Positions 39,469 to 53,840 of a DNA stretch of 64,000 nt are shown here, in pieces; positions within the stretch are counted from its first letter, which is position 1, and the number at the start of each line of letters is the position of its first letter. Location of the stretch: the NCBI GenBank assembly GCA_951406725.2, contig OX597814.1, positions 23,684,001 through 23,748,000 on the forward strand, given 5' to 3'. Both the position numbers and the translations under genes were made by a program. A model generated the notes under the pieces. The model saw only the letters and a program-made list of their open reading frames with translations, made no database searches and was not told the DNA's origin. Source of the stretch: Octopus vulgaris. Lineage: Eukaryota.

Positions 39469-41519
39469 ATATATATATATATATATATATATAATGTGTA
39501 CATGTATTCACATGAATGTGTATGGATATTGATAGCCTACAGCCAGTATTCTGCTACAGTGAAATGGTGTATAATATTTACATTTCTTGTTGACTTTATG
39601 ACTGGTTGCCATTCTCTGCTTTTGAAAAGCTTGTGGAATAAAATAAATTTCCTTAGCAACAGAAAGAGCATCAAGCTGTAAAATCTTTCCCCAAATACAT
39701 CTTTGTTCAAACATATATAACCTTGGAGAAAACTGATGTTAAACAAATGAATGAAGAGCACTATATATTTTTGCACATACATCAATCTCTGTTTCTTAAA
39801 ATTCCAGTAAAAGCTAAAAACTTCAGACTTTTAGATCACATTCAAATTCCCATGGATATGCTAGATTCACTGATTACTAATCTTTCATCTAATTTAAACT
39901 TTAAATTCTTTTCCAAACATATATATACTTCCAGAATATTATTTGTGTATACTTCCTTCTTTTCTATTATATTCAGTATATAACCATTTGTAATACTTTA
40001 CTTCAAATGTTTATAAAGGAATTTCTCATTTAATAATCCTAAAATATACAAGACATACTGATAAATCATTGAATATTCGACATATATTCTAACTGCCATT
40101 TATGTTTCTATAGAAAATAGTAGAATTTAAATTGGTATAAATTGTTGTATAGTTACAGTGTTATATTTTATACATTTCATATAAAGAGATCAAAAAGAGT
40201 TTTTTTGGTTCTTTTTCTTTTGTGTGTGTGTGTAACCAGTTTCTCATTTGAAATTCTTAGTATTTTGATTTTTTATATTTAAAGGTTCTTTGTTCAAGAG
40301 TATTTAAATTTTGCTTTCTTTCAAGAGAGATTATTTTAAAAAGTTGAAAGATATGATAAAAATATTGGAAAACCAAGGAACAGGGAATGAAACTGACAAT
40401 TTGATTTAGATTGATTATTATATTGTCAATCTAGATTAAATTATTTTAATTTTATTGCTGAAAGAAAATGATTTGGGTTGCGTGATTTATGAAGAAGTTT
40501 GATTAGAAAATTTAAGTTGGAAAATAACAGGTACATTTTAGAATGATTTTTAGTTATAAATTTAAGTAATATAATATTTATAGCTTTTGTCATAAGAAAA
40601 TATAACTCCATAATAAATAACATCAAAAGTCAAATAGAAAGATTTTGAAGAGGGTTATCAAAGATGAAATCACTTAATAAATTAAATTTCTTTTCAATGT
40701 CTGCATACTGAATAGTGATTTATTTCGTATTCCCCTTTCTTTTCACTATCAATGAAATCAATATAGATTAATTGAATAAATGTAAATGAAAAATCAATAT
40801 GCAACATCAGTAGTGGAAAAAAAGCACGATTTTCTAAGTAAAGAAAATCATTAATAAATACACTTTATTTTAACTTATTATTAATAAGTTACTTATGGTG
40901 ATGGAGTGTTTCATATAGTAGGATGCATTACTAAATAATTTATAGTATATGATTATATACCTTTACACTGAGTTCAAATCCTGATGTTACATTTTGTGAC
41001 CCCAGGATTCATTAAAATATTACCAACACTATCTACATGTGTTGATTCAGGTAATTAGTACCCCTTTCCATCAAAGTTAGAATGCAATAATAAATCACTG
41101 AAATTAAAATAAACTTCACTAGTTTTTACCACATTGCAAATATTTATTACAAAAATATAAATATATATTTTCTGTCTCTGCTGAATATATATATATATAT
41201 ATATTACATTATATAATTAGGGCTTAGTAAAATAAATTACTTTGCCACATACTGGACTTAGTAGAAATATATATATATATATATTAAACTATAAAAAGAC
41301 ATGGAATAGTTTTCCTGATTAAAACATTTGATTTCAAAATTCCAATTTTCTAAACTAAAAACATAAAGAAAAATAATTTACTTTTAAATGGTAGCTTAAA
41401 ACAGTAATAGTACATTTTATAAAATACTATGTACATTGGATATAATTCCAATTCTAACCAATAGTTTGGTTAGAATTACTCCTTCAGGATAGCTATTATG
41501 CAGGGACTGCTTCGTCATT

Positions 41520-44070
41520 GTCCTCATCATCGTTTAACGTCTGTTTTCCATGCTGGCATTGGGTTAAAACGTTCAACAGGAACAGGCAAGCTGATAAAAT
41601 ACACCAAGCTCAATTTGTCTGTTTTGGAATAGTTTCTATGGCTGGACACCCTTTCTGATGCCAAATAATTCACTGAGTGTACTGGATGCTTTTTACATGA
41701 CACCAGTAGCGTTGCTAAATAGCTTGCAAAATCTCTCAGCTGAAAGAGGGAGTGGAACCGAGTGAAGAAGCTGTGAACCAGGAGAGAGGTTAGAGTACAA
41801 CAAAGTGACAGAGATAATTATCTTACTATAATTACAAGAAACTATGACATTACAACCAGCCAGGCAAAGTCTTAGCTATATTTGCAGCACCAAAGTGACA
41901 GAGATAATTATCTTACTATAATTACAAGAAACTATGACATTACAACCAGCCAGGCAAAGTCTTAGCTATATTTGCGGCACCTGCCAGAGGGAGTGTTTGT
42001 CCAGGATAGGACTACACAGCCACAGCAGGAGATGTATGAGGACATGAAATATAAAAGCCGGACTAGATTATTTTATGCACAACTTCATTGTCTCCTGAGA
42101 CAAAAAAGGATACCAACTACAACAACTATAGATGGGATACTTGGCTAATCCAGTAGGACAGAAAAGGTTAAGAAGGGGAGTGAAAATTAGAGAAAGAATA
42201 GAGAGTCAGAGTAGGAGAGAGAAAGATAGATAGCGTTGGTGATGTATTGGGGGAAAAGTGGGAGAGTATAAGTAGTCAAGAGGGAATAGAAGAGGATATT
42301 CCATAAAGTGTGAGGGGAGATATTTAGAGATGGGGAAGGCATAGCTGTAACGAGTGATGGTGAGAGAAAATGGAGTAGCTGATAGGGGGAAGGGTAGATA
42401 TGTTAGAGCTTGGAGAGAGTGCAGATGGACACAGGAAGGAGAATGGAGAGGCCTGCAGTGACTGGTGATCATAGAAAGTGGGATGGGGGTTGTTGGGAAG
42501 ATGAGTTGTAAGGATGTTTTGACAGAAGACAGATTATGTGTATGTGGTAGGGCTTGGTCATAAAGGACATGCTTGAATTTTTGGATGACCACAATTTTAC
42601 TTAGCTTGACGTCCCTTCTGAAGCACAGCAAATTACCAAAAGTTTTGGCCCCTTGTTATATCCTCTGTGAGGCTCAACATCGGAAGATCATTTCCCATCA
42701 CTTCATCTCACATCTTCCTGGGTCTACCCATTTCCACAGGTTCCCTCCATAATGAAGACTTGTACTTCTTTATGAAGCTGTCCTTATCCAAACACATTAC
42801 ATGACCATACTAGTGCAGTCTTCTCTCTAGCATATTACAACTGATGTGTCTCACACCTCAATTTATTTATACTATATTGTACATGCATACTGACCTTACC
42901 TACCCAATGGAAAATACAGGCTTCATTTCTTTCAAAACTTCTCCTGTCCTCAGTAGTCACAACCCATGTAGTATAGCTGTCATGTAGCATAACTATTTGT
43001 ACACAGGAATCATACAATCTGTCCTTCACTCTGAGGGAGAAGCCCTTCATTAACAACAAAGTTAGCAGGTCTCAGAACTTCGTCCAGTCCATTTTTATTG
43101 CAGCAGCTACGCTTTCAGAGCATCCACCTCCACTGCTAACATTGTTACCTGGGGATTGGAAGCTCTCTACAACTTTTACAGATAGCTCTTCATAAACATT
43201 TGAGGAGGTCTATTTTCTGGACATTCTTAGTGATTCTTAATGATTTGGTCTAGCAGTTTGAAATCACTGTGATTATTTTTGTCTAAGGCATCACCTTTAC
43301 CTTTGTAGCAGTTGACTATAATGCTGGTACAGTAGTCAAAGGGTAAGACTCCCTCATGGACAACCTGACTAACTATATGGGTAACTAGGCCATCTCCTAC
43401 TCCACTAGATATTTCAAGCATATCAGCAGTGATTCTTGATGGGCTGAAACTTTCCCTGTCCTCAGATCCTTAATTGTTTTATCTACTAAGTTACTGTCTA
43501 TTCAGATTGTAGATCCCCCAGTTGGGTCCAGGTTAGGCAGGCTCTCCTTCTCCCATACGTTCTCTGCATTCAACAGCCATTCATAGTGGCACTTCCAAGT
43601 CTCTTTCTTTACAGAATCACGAACTGTAAGTGAGCCATCATCCATGTGAATACACATCTCTCCTACATGATGACTTTCTCTGACACAATGTCTTGCAATC
43701 AGAAACACCTTAAACCTCTGTTCCTTACATCATAGAACATTGACAAACTTCTTCCTTTCTACTTCTCTTCTGGCTAAAGATACCTGTCTTGTAGCTTCCC
43801 TTGTAGCTACTTGATACAGGTCTCTGCTACCACCACTTTTTCAACTCTTCCAGGTCAGTTTCTTTGCTTCAATGGCCCTGACTACTACACTGTTCTACCA
43901 CCATGTCACCCTAGATATTGTTGAGACTTTGCACCAGCCACAAATTTGGTCTAAGTTGTCTCGTAGGAATTTCCAGTTGTCCTCTATGTTACTTGTCTAT
44001 AACCCCTCCTCCTTCTTCTCATTAAATCCTTAAATTAGAATCTCTGACTATTCAAAAGATCTTTAAGCTT
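41520..44070 (-). mobile_element. RTE LINE remnant with purine-biased 3' region and tail
   Basis: ORFs 42835-43059, 43227-43421 (IVNCYKGKGDALD) and 43502-43708. Tail at 41520-41700. Confidence 0.8.
41801..41980. repeat. Tandem duplication, 90-bp period
   Basis: caaagtgacagagataattatc...gcac occurs twice with one mismatch. Confidence 0.97.
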
Positions 44071-45431
44071 CCAAATAGAAACCATGCCAAATCAGGTTGG
44101 AACTTGGTGCAGTCCCCCAGCTTACCAGTTTTCATTCAAACCATGCCAGCATGGAGAACAGATGTTAAATGATGATAATGATGATGATGATGATATATAT
44201 CTGAAATGTATGCATGAGTATACTCTGTGTAGTGAATGCAGCTAATTAGTATATTAGTCTGAGCCTGAATCAAATTTTTTTTAAATATTTAATATTAGCC
44301 TTTATGAGAAGAATTTCTGCAAAAACTTCTTTCACCTTAAAGTTAAGTAGCTAGTTTTCCTACTTAGGTGATTTAATTAGTTATCAAGTGGAATCCATTA
44401 AACAAAGTATTGTTTAAAATGCCAAGTTAATGAAAGAAGTATTAAGATTGTTGCCTTTGTTAATGAGGAGAAATTGAATGTAAGAAGATTATGTCTTCTC
44501 CCTTCATTAATGAAGAAATGTATTTTTTCTCAATAAATCTGCGATTAAATTATGAGTGTATTTAATTGTGATAACAATATGAACACAATAGTTCTGCAGC
44601 AGCTTGAAAGAACTAAGTTGATATAATTTAACTGATGCCCATAATCTACACAGAACAATGAAATTGTAGACCAATCTCAGTAATACAGAAGCCAATATAA
44701 ATAATAGTTTACGTTGTAAATGAAAGTATTCTATTTTGTTGTATTCATCTTAACACAAATATAAAAATAATTGACAAATTCAGGAGAAATCTAAACTAGC
44801 ATTATGGAAGAGAGTATAAGTTGGACAAAGTCAAATCAACTGAACGTGTCAATGCTGGCTTCCCTTCAGGACAGTTTTAAATAAATATTTTTTGACACGA
44901 CTGTATAAAAAAAACAACCAAACAATTTTCTTGATTGACATGAGCTAATTATTATTCTAAACAAGATTTATACTTACTGCACCTGAATGCTTCCATCTAA
45001 ACTTCTGTTTCTGGTTTTGGCATTGACTACAAGAATTCCACAACATTAGTCTATACTCAGTATCATACACTTGCTGCATAACACCTCATACCATTTCAGC
45101 TATGTTTACAATTAGAATACCAATTCAAATTACGTAAAATTTTTCAAATGAAGTATCTTGATATATCTAAGCAGCAAAGAGGTTGAAATGAAGTTATAAA
45201 GCAAATTAAATTTTAGCAGAGATATTTAAGAGAGTCTTCACTTATCTATTGTTGATATGAGTAAGATTTGAGTGTTAACATCGAATTGAGTGTCTAACAA
45301 AATATAACACTTGTTAAATAATGCATCATTTTATTTTTTGCAAATTTTCCAGTCAGTTTGTAATTGTATCAGCTTGAACATTTTTATCAATTAAAGTCAT
45401 TATAAGAATCACACAAAATATTTTATATATT

Positions 45432-46138
45432 AGGTGTGTGAAAAAGTTCCAATCCCTAGCAGTTGAGGGAACCCGTGGAAGAGGTAGACCCAGGAAAACC
45501 TGGGACGAGGTGGTGAAGCACGACCTTCGAGCTTTAGGCCTCACTGAGGAAATGACCAGTGACCGAGACCTTTGGAAATATGCTGTACGTGAGAAGACCA
45601 GGCAGGACAAGTGAGTCCAGCCCACTTATGCATGCCTTCCTCCCTTGGACACACAAAGACCTGTTGAGGCAAGCGAAGTCGATATCGAACCTCATCCGAT
45701 GACAGGCACCCATGCCAACCCCACTTTGCTTGCGAAGACCTGTTGGGGCAAGTGAAATCGAAATCGGAATCAGAATCGAAATTGAACCAATCCTATGACT
45801 GGCTTCCGTGCCAGTGGCACGTAAAAAGCACCATCCGAATCGTGGCCGAAGCCAGTGCCGCCTCGACTGGCTTCCGTGCCGGTGGCACGTAAAATGCACC
45901 AATTCGACCCTGGCCGTTGCTAGCCTCGCCTGGCATCTGTGCGGGTGGCACGTAAAAAGCACCCACTACACTCACGGAGTGGTTGGCGTTAGGAAGGGCA
46001 TCCAACTGTAGAAACATTGCCAGAAAAGACTGGAGCCTGGTGCAGCCTTCTGGCTTCCCAGATCCCCGGTCGAACCATCCAACCCATGCTAGCATGGAGA
46101 ACGGACGTTAAACGATGATGATGATGATAATGATGATG
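45432..46138 (+). mobile_element. Young 5'-truncated RTE LINE
   Basis: ORF2 C-terminus GTRGRGRPRKTWDEVVKHDLRALGLTEEMTSDRDLWKYAVREKT, then a CpG-rich 3' UTR with ggcacgtaaaa repeats and a (GAT)n tail. Confidence 0.9.
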
Positions 46139-47280
46139 AAACAAATATTACAAAAACTTCCAAACTAGAAATGGATAATTGACAAACTTTTATTTTATAC
46201 CACACACGGATTTCATGGAAACACACTGTGAAATATTTCTAGCTAACTATTTCTAACATATGATGACAAACTTAATAATTTATAATTCAACATCTGAAAA
46301 AATTGCGGCTACCTTCAATGCACGTTCTAACATAAGACATTAGTTACGTTTGACAGTGATGACAGAAAGAGCATATAATTGTATAAGTTTTTACCAGTGT
46401 TCAACAAATTTTCACTTATCCCATATATGCATTGGTTTCATGTATCTAATCAGTAGAATTTGAGCTGTAACAAATGTAGGCCACAAGGAAGAAATTAACA
46501 GCTCCTTGTGAGTAGAGGTATGCTCACAGCACTTGCAACTGTATACCATTATTATCATCATCATTGCTGATGCTATTATGACAATTAATTTGGGAAATGT
46601 TTTTATTTTATCTTGATCTTGGAATATAACTTTTAACATATTTTCTTTCAGTTGAACTAATTGTTTATGTCCTTTAAATTTTAGATTTCTCGTCTAGATT
46701 AGATTTCTATCCACTACTCAAAACACATTTTCTTATTCATACTTATTTTATTCAACAATGATTTTCATCCTATAGAACTGGACAATAGCCTCCTTCAGCA
46801 CGAAATATATTTCATTTTCCCACCAGCACCAGCATCACCACCCCCTCCACCACCATCGCCACCCCCCCAACCACCCACTCTGGTATTTTGTTTTCAACAA
46901 ATGCGAGTAATAAAGTCTGAAAGGATCTTCAAATTTTGCAAACAAAACAAAAAATGAATAGCTTCCACAAAACTGATAATCATTATCTGTTATTCTGAAA
47001 GAAGAAATTAAATAAAATTGAAATTTGGCAAAATAAAATAAGCAATCAAAAATGCTTTTATTGCAGATTGTGAATTGTTAATGGAGAAGTTATTGATAAA
47101 ATCAGGGATTTTCCTCATCCGTCAGACTCTCTGTCTACTAATTGAATGTTGGGTTTGATATTTTGTTTTTCCAAACAATACCACTGATATTATTTCAAAG
47201 TAGGTTTTCATGAAAATCACTGAGAAATAATACATACATACATGCATACATATGTACATATGTGTATGCGTGTGTGAGTG

Positions 47281-47317
<37 letters not shown>

Positions 47318-48738
47318 ATATGTATGTATATAAATATGTATGCATGTGTATGTGTACCTATATATATATATATGTATGTATGTATATATATATCAGTCAT
47401 ACTGATATAAACAAGAGCAAGGGCAGGGGGAGGTAATGCATGGATAATGATGATTAAACGATGGCAGCAATGATTATAACAATGATGATGATGCTAGAAA
47501 TAAAGATGAGATGATGTTAACAATGACAGTAATGAATATGATACTGCTGACACCACTAATTCAGTGATGGGATATAATATCAATGTTGATGGTAATATAA
47601 TCACACTAAAAGCAACAAAATTGAAATATAAAAAAATATTAAAAAATATTAAAAAATAACAAAACTTGCAGTCATAATTTACTTCTGTTTTACAACTCTT
47701 TTTTTCCCCTTCTGTTATTATAATTTGGATATTTCTACAGGTTTGAACATTTTTCTATGGACTTAGAAAAACAGTTACTAATTGGATAGGTAAACTATTA
47801 CAAGATATGTAGAAGAAACAGGTGATATATTTCAATAGAAAGATAGTGGAAAATAATATTTGTTATTCAAGAACATAAAAATGTTGCACCATTTTCAGCC
47901 CAACCAAACCTTTAGTCTTTGTCTTACAGCTCCCTTTCAAATTGAGACCATTCTATTTCTGTATTTTATTTCTTTTCCAAGAACTATGGACTTAAAAGTG
48001 TTATATATAGCTAAAATTGTCTGCGAAGTTTCACTGCTTTGCTACCACCTTGAAAGTTTGAGGAAAGCGGTCTTGGATAAATATTGAGGCAAGCTCCAGT
48101 GGTGACCAAATCTTATGAGCCCAATTTTTTAAAATCTCAATTAAAACCAGTTAATTTTTTTATGATCTCAATGGCATTCAGAAAATCCGAGGAAAGAAAA
48201 CAATATCTTTCAGTTTTATTGTAAATTTAAGGTTTTATGTATAAGTAAAGAATCAATGATATAAATAAAAATGATGAATGTAAGGAGGCTGTGAGGGTGA
48301 TGATATCAATCAAGTAAAGGAAGATATAATGAGTGAGAGGTAAATAAAGGTCAATATAGAAATGATAGGCAATTTTCTTTATGGTATCATTAAGGTAGAA
48401 ACTGGACGTTATTCATTATTCTCATCTCCTCTACCATCATACTCACTTTCATTGAAATGTTCATATATTTGGGCTACTTTTGCTTAAACTTAGCATAACA
48501 CACACACACACACACATGCATACACTCATGCACACAACTTTCCACACATATCAACAAATTCATTTTTTCAATGTTCTCTTCAATATGACCTTGTCTCTTA
48601 CAGTATATGATCTAAATACTCCAATGAGTTAGCTGAGAGAACTCTCTATAGTTGTATGTCTAACTCAAAATGGCAGACAAACCTCTTTTATTTCTCATTG
48701 TAAAATCTGAAAAGTAGAAGGTAATAATGGATAATGTA

Positions 48739-48958
48739 TTTCACTACTGCCCACAAGGTGCTAAACACAGAGGGGACAAACGAATTATGTCGATTACATC
48801 GACCCCAGGGCGTAACTGGTACTTAATTTATCGACCCCGAAAGGATGAAAGGGAAAGTCGACCTCGGCGGAATTTGAACTCAGAACGTAACAGCAGACGA
48901 AATACCGCTAAGCATTTCGCCTGACGTGCTAACGGTTCTGCCAGCTCGCCGCCTTGCA
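48739..48958 (-). mobile_element. tRNA-derived SINE (8297 family)
   Basis: 16-bp TSD aataatggataatgta at 48723-48738 and 48959-48974. Confidence 0.9.
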
Positions 48959-51289
48959 AATAATGGATAATGTAGTCCTAGATACCCTGTTTGAAAACTA
49001 GATAGGATAGATCAGCTGAGTCCAAACAATGGAAATAACAACACTGTTCTAAAATTTTAATAATTTTTCTTCATGTCTTAGGAGAAGAAGGTCAGCTTAC
49101 ATGATTTGTTTGTAGTTTTTTCCTGTAAATAGCAATAGCCATGAAGGTAGGAATCATAAGTCCTGGGTTATCTTTATACCAAAAACCAAATGCTTAAATC
49201 AGAGTAGTCTTAAGAGCCAGGTAATGTTGTTAAACCAAGCAACAGATAAAATTGATTACTATTGGACAAATACAGTCAATCGAACAAGCTTTTGTAAATT
49301 TCCATTTAATCAATTTCGCTCACAAAATTTCAGTCTACCCACAGCAATATTTGCTGCAGTGAGATCAAATTCCAAATCATTGACTGTGAAGTAAGCTTCT
49401 TAATCATCAGGCAGTGCTGGCACGTATTCTTAACCACACAAATGTGCCTACATCCATGTCTCAATTTTTCTATCAATATATATAATGTTGATGACACATG
49501 TTCACTCTTATGTTGATGCAACTCAATCCCATGAGTTGAAATTTTCCAGTCATGACCTTCCAATCCAATTAAACTGTATCTAAGGTGACCTAATCTTATG
49601 TGTCCTTTCCATTTTTAAAACAGTAGTATGTGAGCTAAGACAGATTTGGCTGTTATTTTCAGCAAGTCATGCATAGAGAAGCCCCATTATTTGTTTGGGC
49701 TCCTTTGTGTAGTTTTTGTTCGCATAGTTAAAAAAAAAAAGAGGTGTATTTTTTTTTTTCAAATTCCGTTTATGCATCATGTTATAAAAAGGATGTTTTC
49801 AATATGGTTGCTGTTGAACTGACAGTCATTTAATTTCTTTTGAATAGTTGGCCTAGATCAATGTTGCTATAATGAATTCAGATACATTGTGAGTCGAGGT
49901 CTTCTTATACAATAAGATAAATGAGAATATCGGTTTAAAACATTTGTCAGATAAAAAGCAATCATCCTTTGTATGTTTTCTTCAGGAGAATGACCACCCA
50001 GAATTGGATATACAGTGGACAGATTAGAAACTGATATAATGGTCATATATCATGTTTGAATGCTGAGAAATTTGATTGATCAGTAATATCCATAGCTTTT
50101 AACCTCCATGTTATAACTGAAATGAGTATAGTCAATGATTAATGGCTTTCTATGCTTAGCAGCCAGCAAAGAATGATTAAATTATTCCCCTTGTTGAAAA
50201 AGATTTTTTTTTTCTTCTCTTTTCCTTTGATGAGCTTCCAGACTTATGTTAATGTCTGAGATAAACATTGAGAAAGATACATTGGTACCGTAATTTCCCA
50301 AGTGAATACTGATTCACTAGTGCTTGATCAATTTGTACTTCTCTCTACCTGCTATAAATTGTCACACAATATTCTTCAGATAATCTTCTTGTGAATTGAC
50401 AAGACATGAATCAAATTTCTAAGAATGACTTTTCTTTATTCTTTTCAAACTCTAATATTCTTTACAGAGAATAATTAAATTTCTTTTCCAATTTTTGTGT
50501 TTTCTTTTCCAAAAGTAAGTTTGAGTGTTTAATTTTTCAGACACTGGAAATAATAGTGCATTATTCCATTGGTGTTTATCTATCTTCCTGGAATAACAAT
50601 TTCTCTTCATGTAAGATTGTTTCGTAATAGAAATAAACTGCAACGTTAAAATACTAAGATCTAATAAGGTCTACACTCATTTTAATTATTACAAATATAC
50701 AGATCTTTTAAAAATAAAATCTATATGTCTATGAAAACTTAAGGAATTCATTAACGGCAGTAATTAGCTCCAGAAAGCAAGTACTTTTCTTCTTTGATAG
50801 GCCATCTACAAAATTGGGCAGCTGTAAGTTGCTAGTGTTCAGACCATTTATAGGATAGACTAATGCAAAGTACAGTATTTTTCTCTTAGCTAAGATATTC
50901 TCTTGCAGTTGCTATGGCTGAAATATAGCATTTCTTGTTCCATTGCCTGTAATAAATCTGAACTACATCAGATTCAAAATCATCTTGTTTTGGACTAACT
51001 TTGCTTTAACTCACTCAATTATTACTTGGTCAATCAGTTTCAGTCCTCTGTATTACTGCATCTCATCAGTGCATCTATTTTACGCCTGTAATTATTTCCA
51101 GTGATACTAAAGTGCCAATTAATACAAAGTGTCCATAAAGTCCCTTTACAATATTGAGTTTAAAAGTATGGAAGTTGTAAATATAATTCATAAACACCCT
51201 ATATTGCTATTACTTTCCTGCCACTCATTAGGTAAGCAAGTAACTAGCATGATATCTCCATAATTGTTTGCAAATTTTGGTATTTAAAC

Positions 51290-53350
51290 ACCAGTATCAT
51301 ACCAGCTGATTGAGATGAAGTATTTCTGACTCCCAAGATGAAGGGTAGTTTTGGAGATGCAGTAATGGCTATGTTATGGAGGAGAGATTACCAATGCTAC
51401 AACCCTTTCAAGACTACTATCTACAAAGTAAAAGATACCTTTATATCTGCACAAAGAATAACTCTACACACGTTTCAAAATCCTTCTTCCAGTTACTTCT
51501 CAGATATAATAGCTACATGAGCAGTACTTTCACAGAGACCTCTCCGACACTTTGTGGTTGCTATACATCCAATTTGAAATTGCACACACACAACAAAACT
51601 CTATTTCTTTACTCTACATAAAATGCAAAACCACTTCTTGTGGCTTAAAATCTACACGTCAATCACCGACCAAGACAAAGTCACTTCTATCACCCTGAAA
51701 TAGTGCTCACCACTTCTTAACTCCAAGTCCCAATTCTTCAGTTTTTATCTTTTGACAAGGAGATCTATCGGGAAGATTTTGCTTCCAAGATCACAATTTA
51801 TATTGGTCATGGAAACAAGATACATTGTCTCATTCACAAAACAGGCAACCTTTCTGACTCAGACAACTACCAATCTATTGTTCTCTGTTTTGACATCACA
51901 AAAATGATGGAGGAAAAAAATCAATATGAGTAATCTCTAACGACTTGAATCCTTTGCCTATTTCATTGACGACTAAATCTACATTGAACCTATTCTTTCG
52001 AATTGATTCTTGGTCAGTAAAAGTAATTCTTGGAGTAATTTCTTTGCAGTTTTCTATGGAGCGAGTATAGTGGCTGACTTCAGCATTTAGAGAAACACCG
52101 TTTTTATTCTGTTCTGTAAAAGACTACTAAAAAGACACAATTACTATAATCACTAAATATTATTCAGAATATTCAAGAGCTTTGAGTCAACATGCGGTTT
52201 AGTTTGTAAGAAGAAAGTAATTAACTTAATTCAAAAGAGAAAATCGTTTATTTCAAAAGAGAAAACACAAAACAAATATATTGTTCATGGTGAAAAGTTT
52301 ATATTTAAACAGCAAATAAGTTACATTTTATATCATGGAACTGTCAGAACTGAGGTACTGATACATTTAGCTAAATGTGTACCTAAGTGTGACAAGCTAA
52401 ATACAAGTAAATTTCTGTGACTGTTCAGTTGCTGTCAGTTTGCAAAGTTTGTATAGAAAATCTGCTGTTTTTGTAATGTCAAAAAGTGGGAAAAGTGAAA
52501 ACTGTTGTTTTACTTTGTTAAAAATTCACTATTCTGTGCTGTCCATTCATTATTTGGCTGTTAGCTGTGATGGAAAAGGCTGTCTGACAAACCCTGGAAA
52601 ATGTTGATTTTACTAACAATCTCTGCTGTCTTTTGTTGCTAGTTCCAACTGACTAGCTTTCTGATCACTTTTTAGTTGCTTGTCTTAACCATGTAAACTT
52701 TCAACTTATTATATAATAGACGTCTCTTATATTTTCTCTACCTTGTTGTCTCCAGCAGCAAAACACTATGACATCAATTATATGGGGTAGTTGAAATGAA
52801 GATTATTATTATTGTTATGTATCTAAACATCTTTGATATTTTATCAATGACATTCTTACTACCAAAATGAAGAAACAATTTCGATTTCAGAGACCTTATG
52901 CAATAAGCTGAATGTTCTGCTCACTACATGCCATCGCACTCGATATTAGTGACATTTTGACAGTACCAGATACAAGAACCTCCTTGCTAAGTTGTCCATC
53001 TATGGATCTGATCCATCTTTTCATCCCTTGGATTGTAACCTTTCAGTTAGATAGCACCATCACAGCATGCATTGATGGCACAGTCTCTGATTAAAACTCT
53101 ATCAGCTTCTTTCACATTAATAACCTGCCTTCTCTTACTTTTATCAATGCTCACTCCTATGCAGTTGACAGATTCCACCCTTCCCAACTTTACAACCTTC
53201 GTCACACAAACATTATCCACATGCAACTGAGACACATCACACCAAATTTACATTGCTTTAATGATCAAAGAACTTGAAAACAATTCTCAAATGAAGGGAC
53301 CTGACAATCTAATCTCTTTCAACAGCTCAAACACACAATTACTGCACATA
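51290..53350 (+). mobile_element. Old CR1/Jockey-group LINE remnant, interrupted at about 52000-52860
   Basis: IHKTGNLSDSDNYQSI at about 51830-51880, and ALDIS...LSIYG...WI at about 52935-53035. Confidence 0.6.
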
Positions 53351-53585
53351 AAATTGAAACAGTTTTGTAGCTCATATTCTCATTCCTGGACAGCATGCAA
53401 CTAAAATAACATAAAGACTCTACAAATGTTATGCCTCCAAATCTTTGATGATATATTTGTGGTAATCAGATATACATAGTATAGTTAAATTCTTCAACAA
53501 GCTAACCAGTTTCAAGGCCAGAAAATACTTCCACCTTGTGTCTCAACAAATTTGGTGCTGATATTTACTGTGTAAGAGATAGTTA

Positions 53586-53840
53586 AAAAAATAAATGCAC
53601 CCTTTTAAAGCCTAGCCAGGCTCATGGGCCTGGTTTCCCAGTTTCAATGGCATATGTGTTCACCAGCTGGACAGGACGCCAGTCCATCGCAGCTTTACTC
53701 ATTTTCTCCAGCTGAGTGGACTGGAGCAACCTGAAATGAAGTGTTTTGCTCAAGAACACGTGTCACCCGGTCCAGGAATTGAAACTACAAACTTACGATC
53801 ATGATGCTGACACCCTAACCACTAAGCCATGCGCCTCCAC
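53586..53840 (-). mobile_element. tRNA-derived SINE
   Basis: tRNA-like head at the right end and a 12-bp TSD aagagatagtta at 53574-53585 and 53841-53852. Confidence 0.88.

Noticed and set aside
51030-51075. CUGAUGA...GAAA on the minus strand
   Set aside because: Stem I and the base of stem II do not pair and there is no clean UH site. At best a heavily decayed HHR.
52640-52760. CUGGAGA...GAAA hammerhead-like spacing (also at 34718-34755)
   Set aside because: A6 is changed and stem I cannot be formed convincingly.
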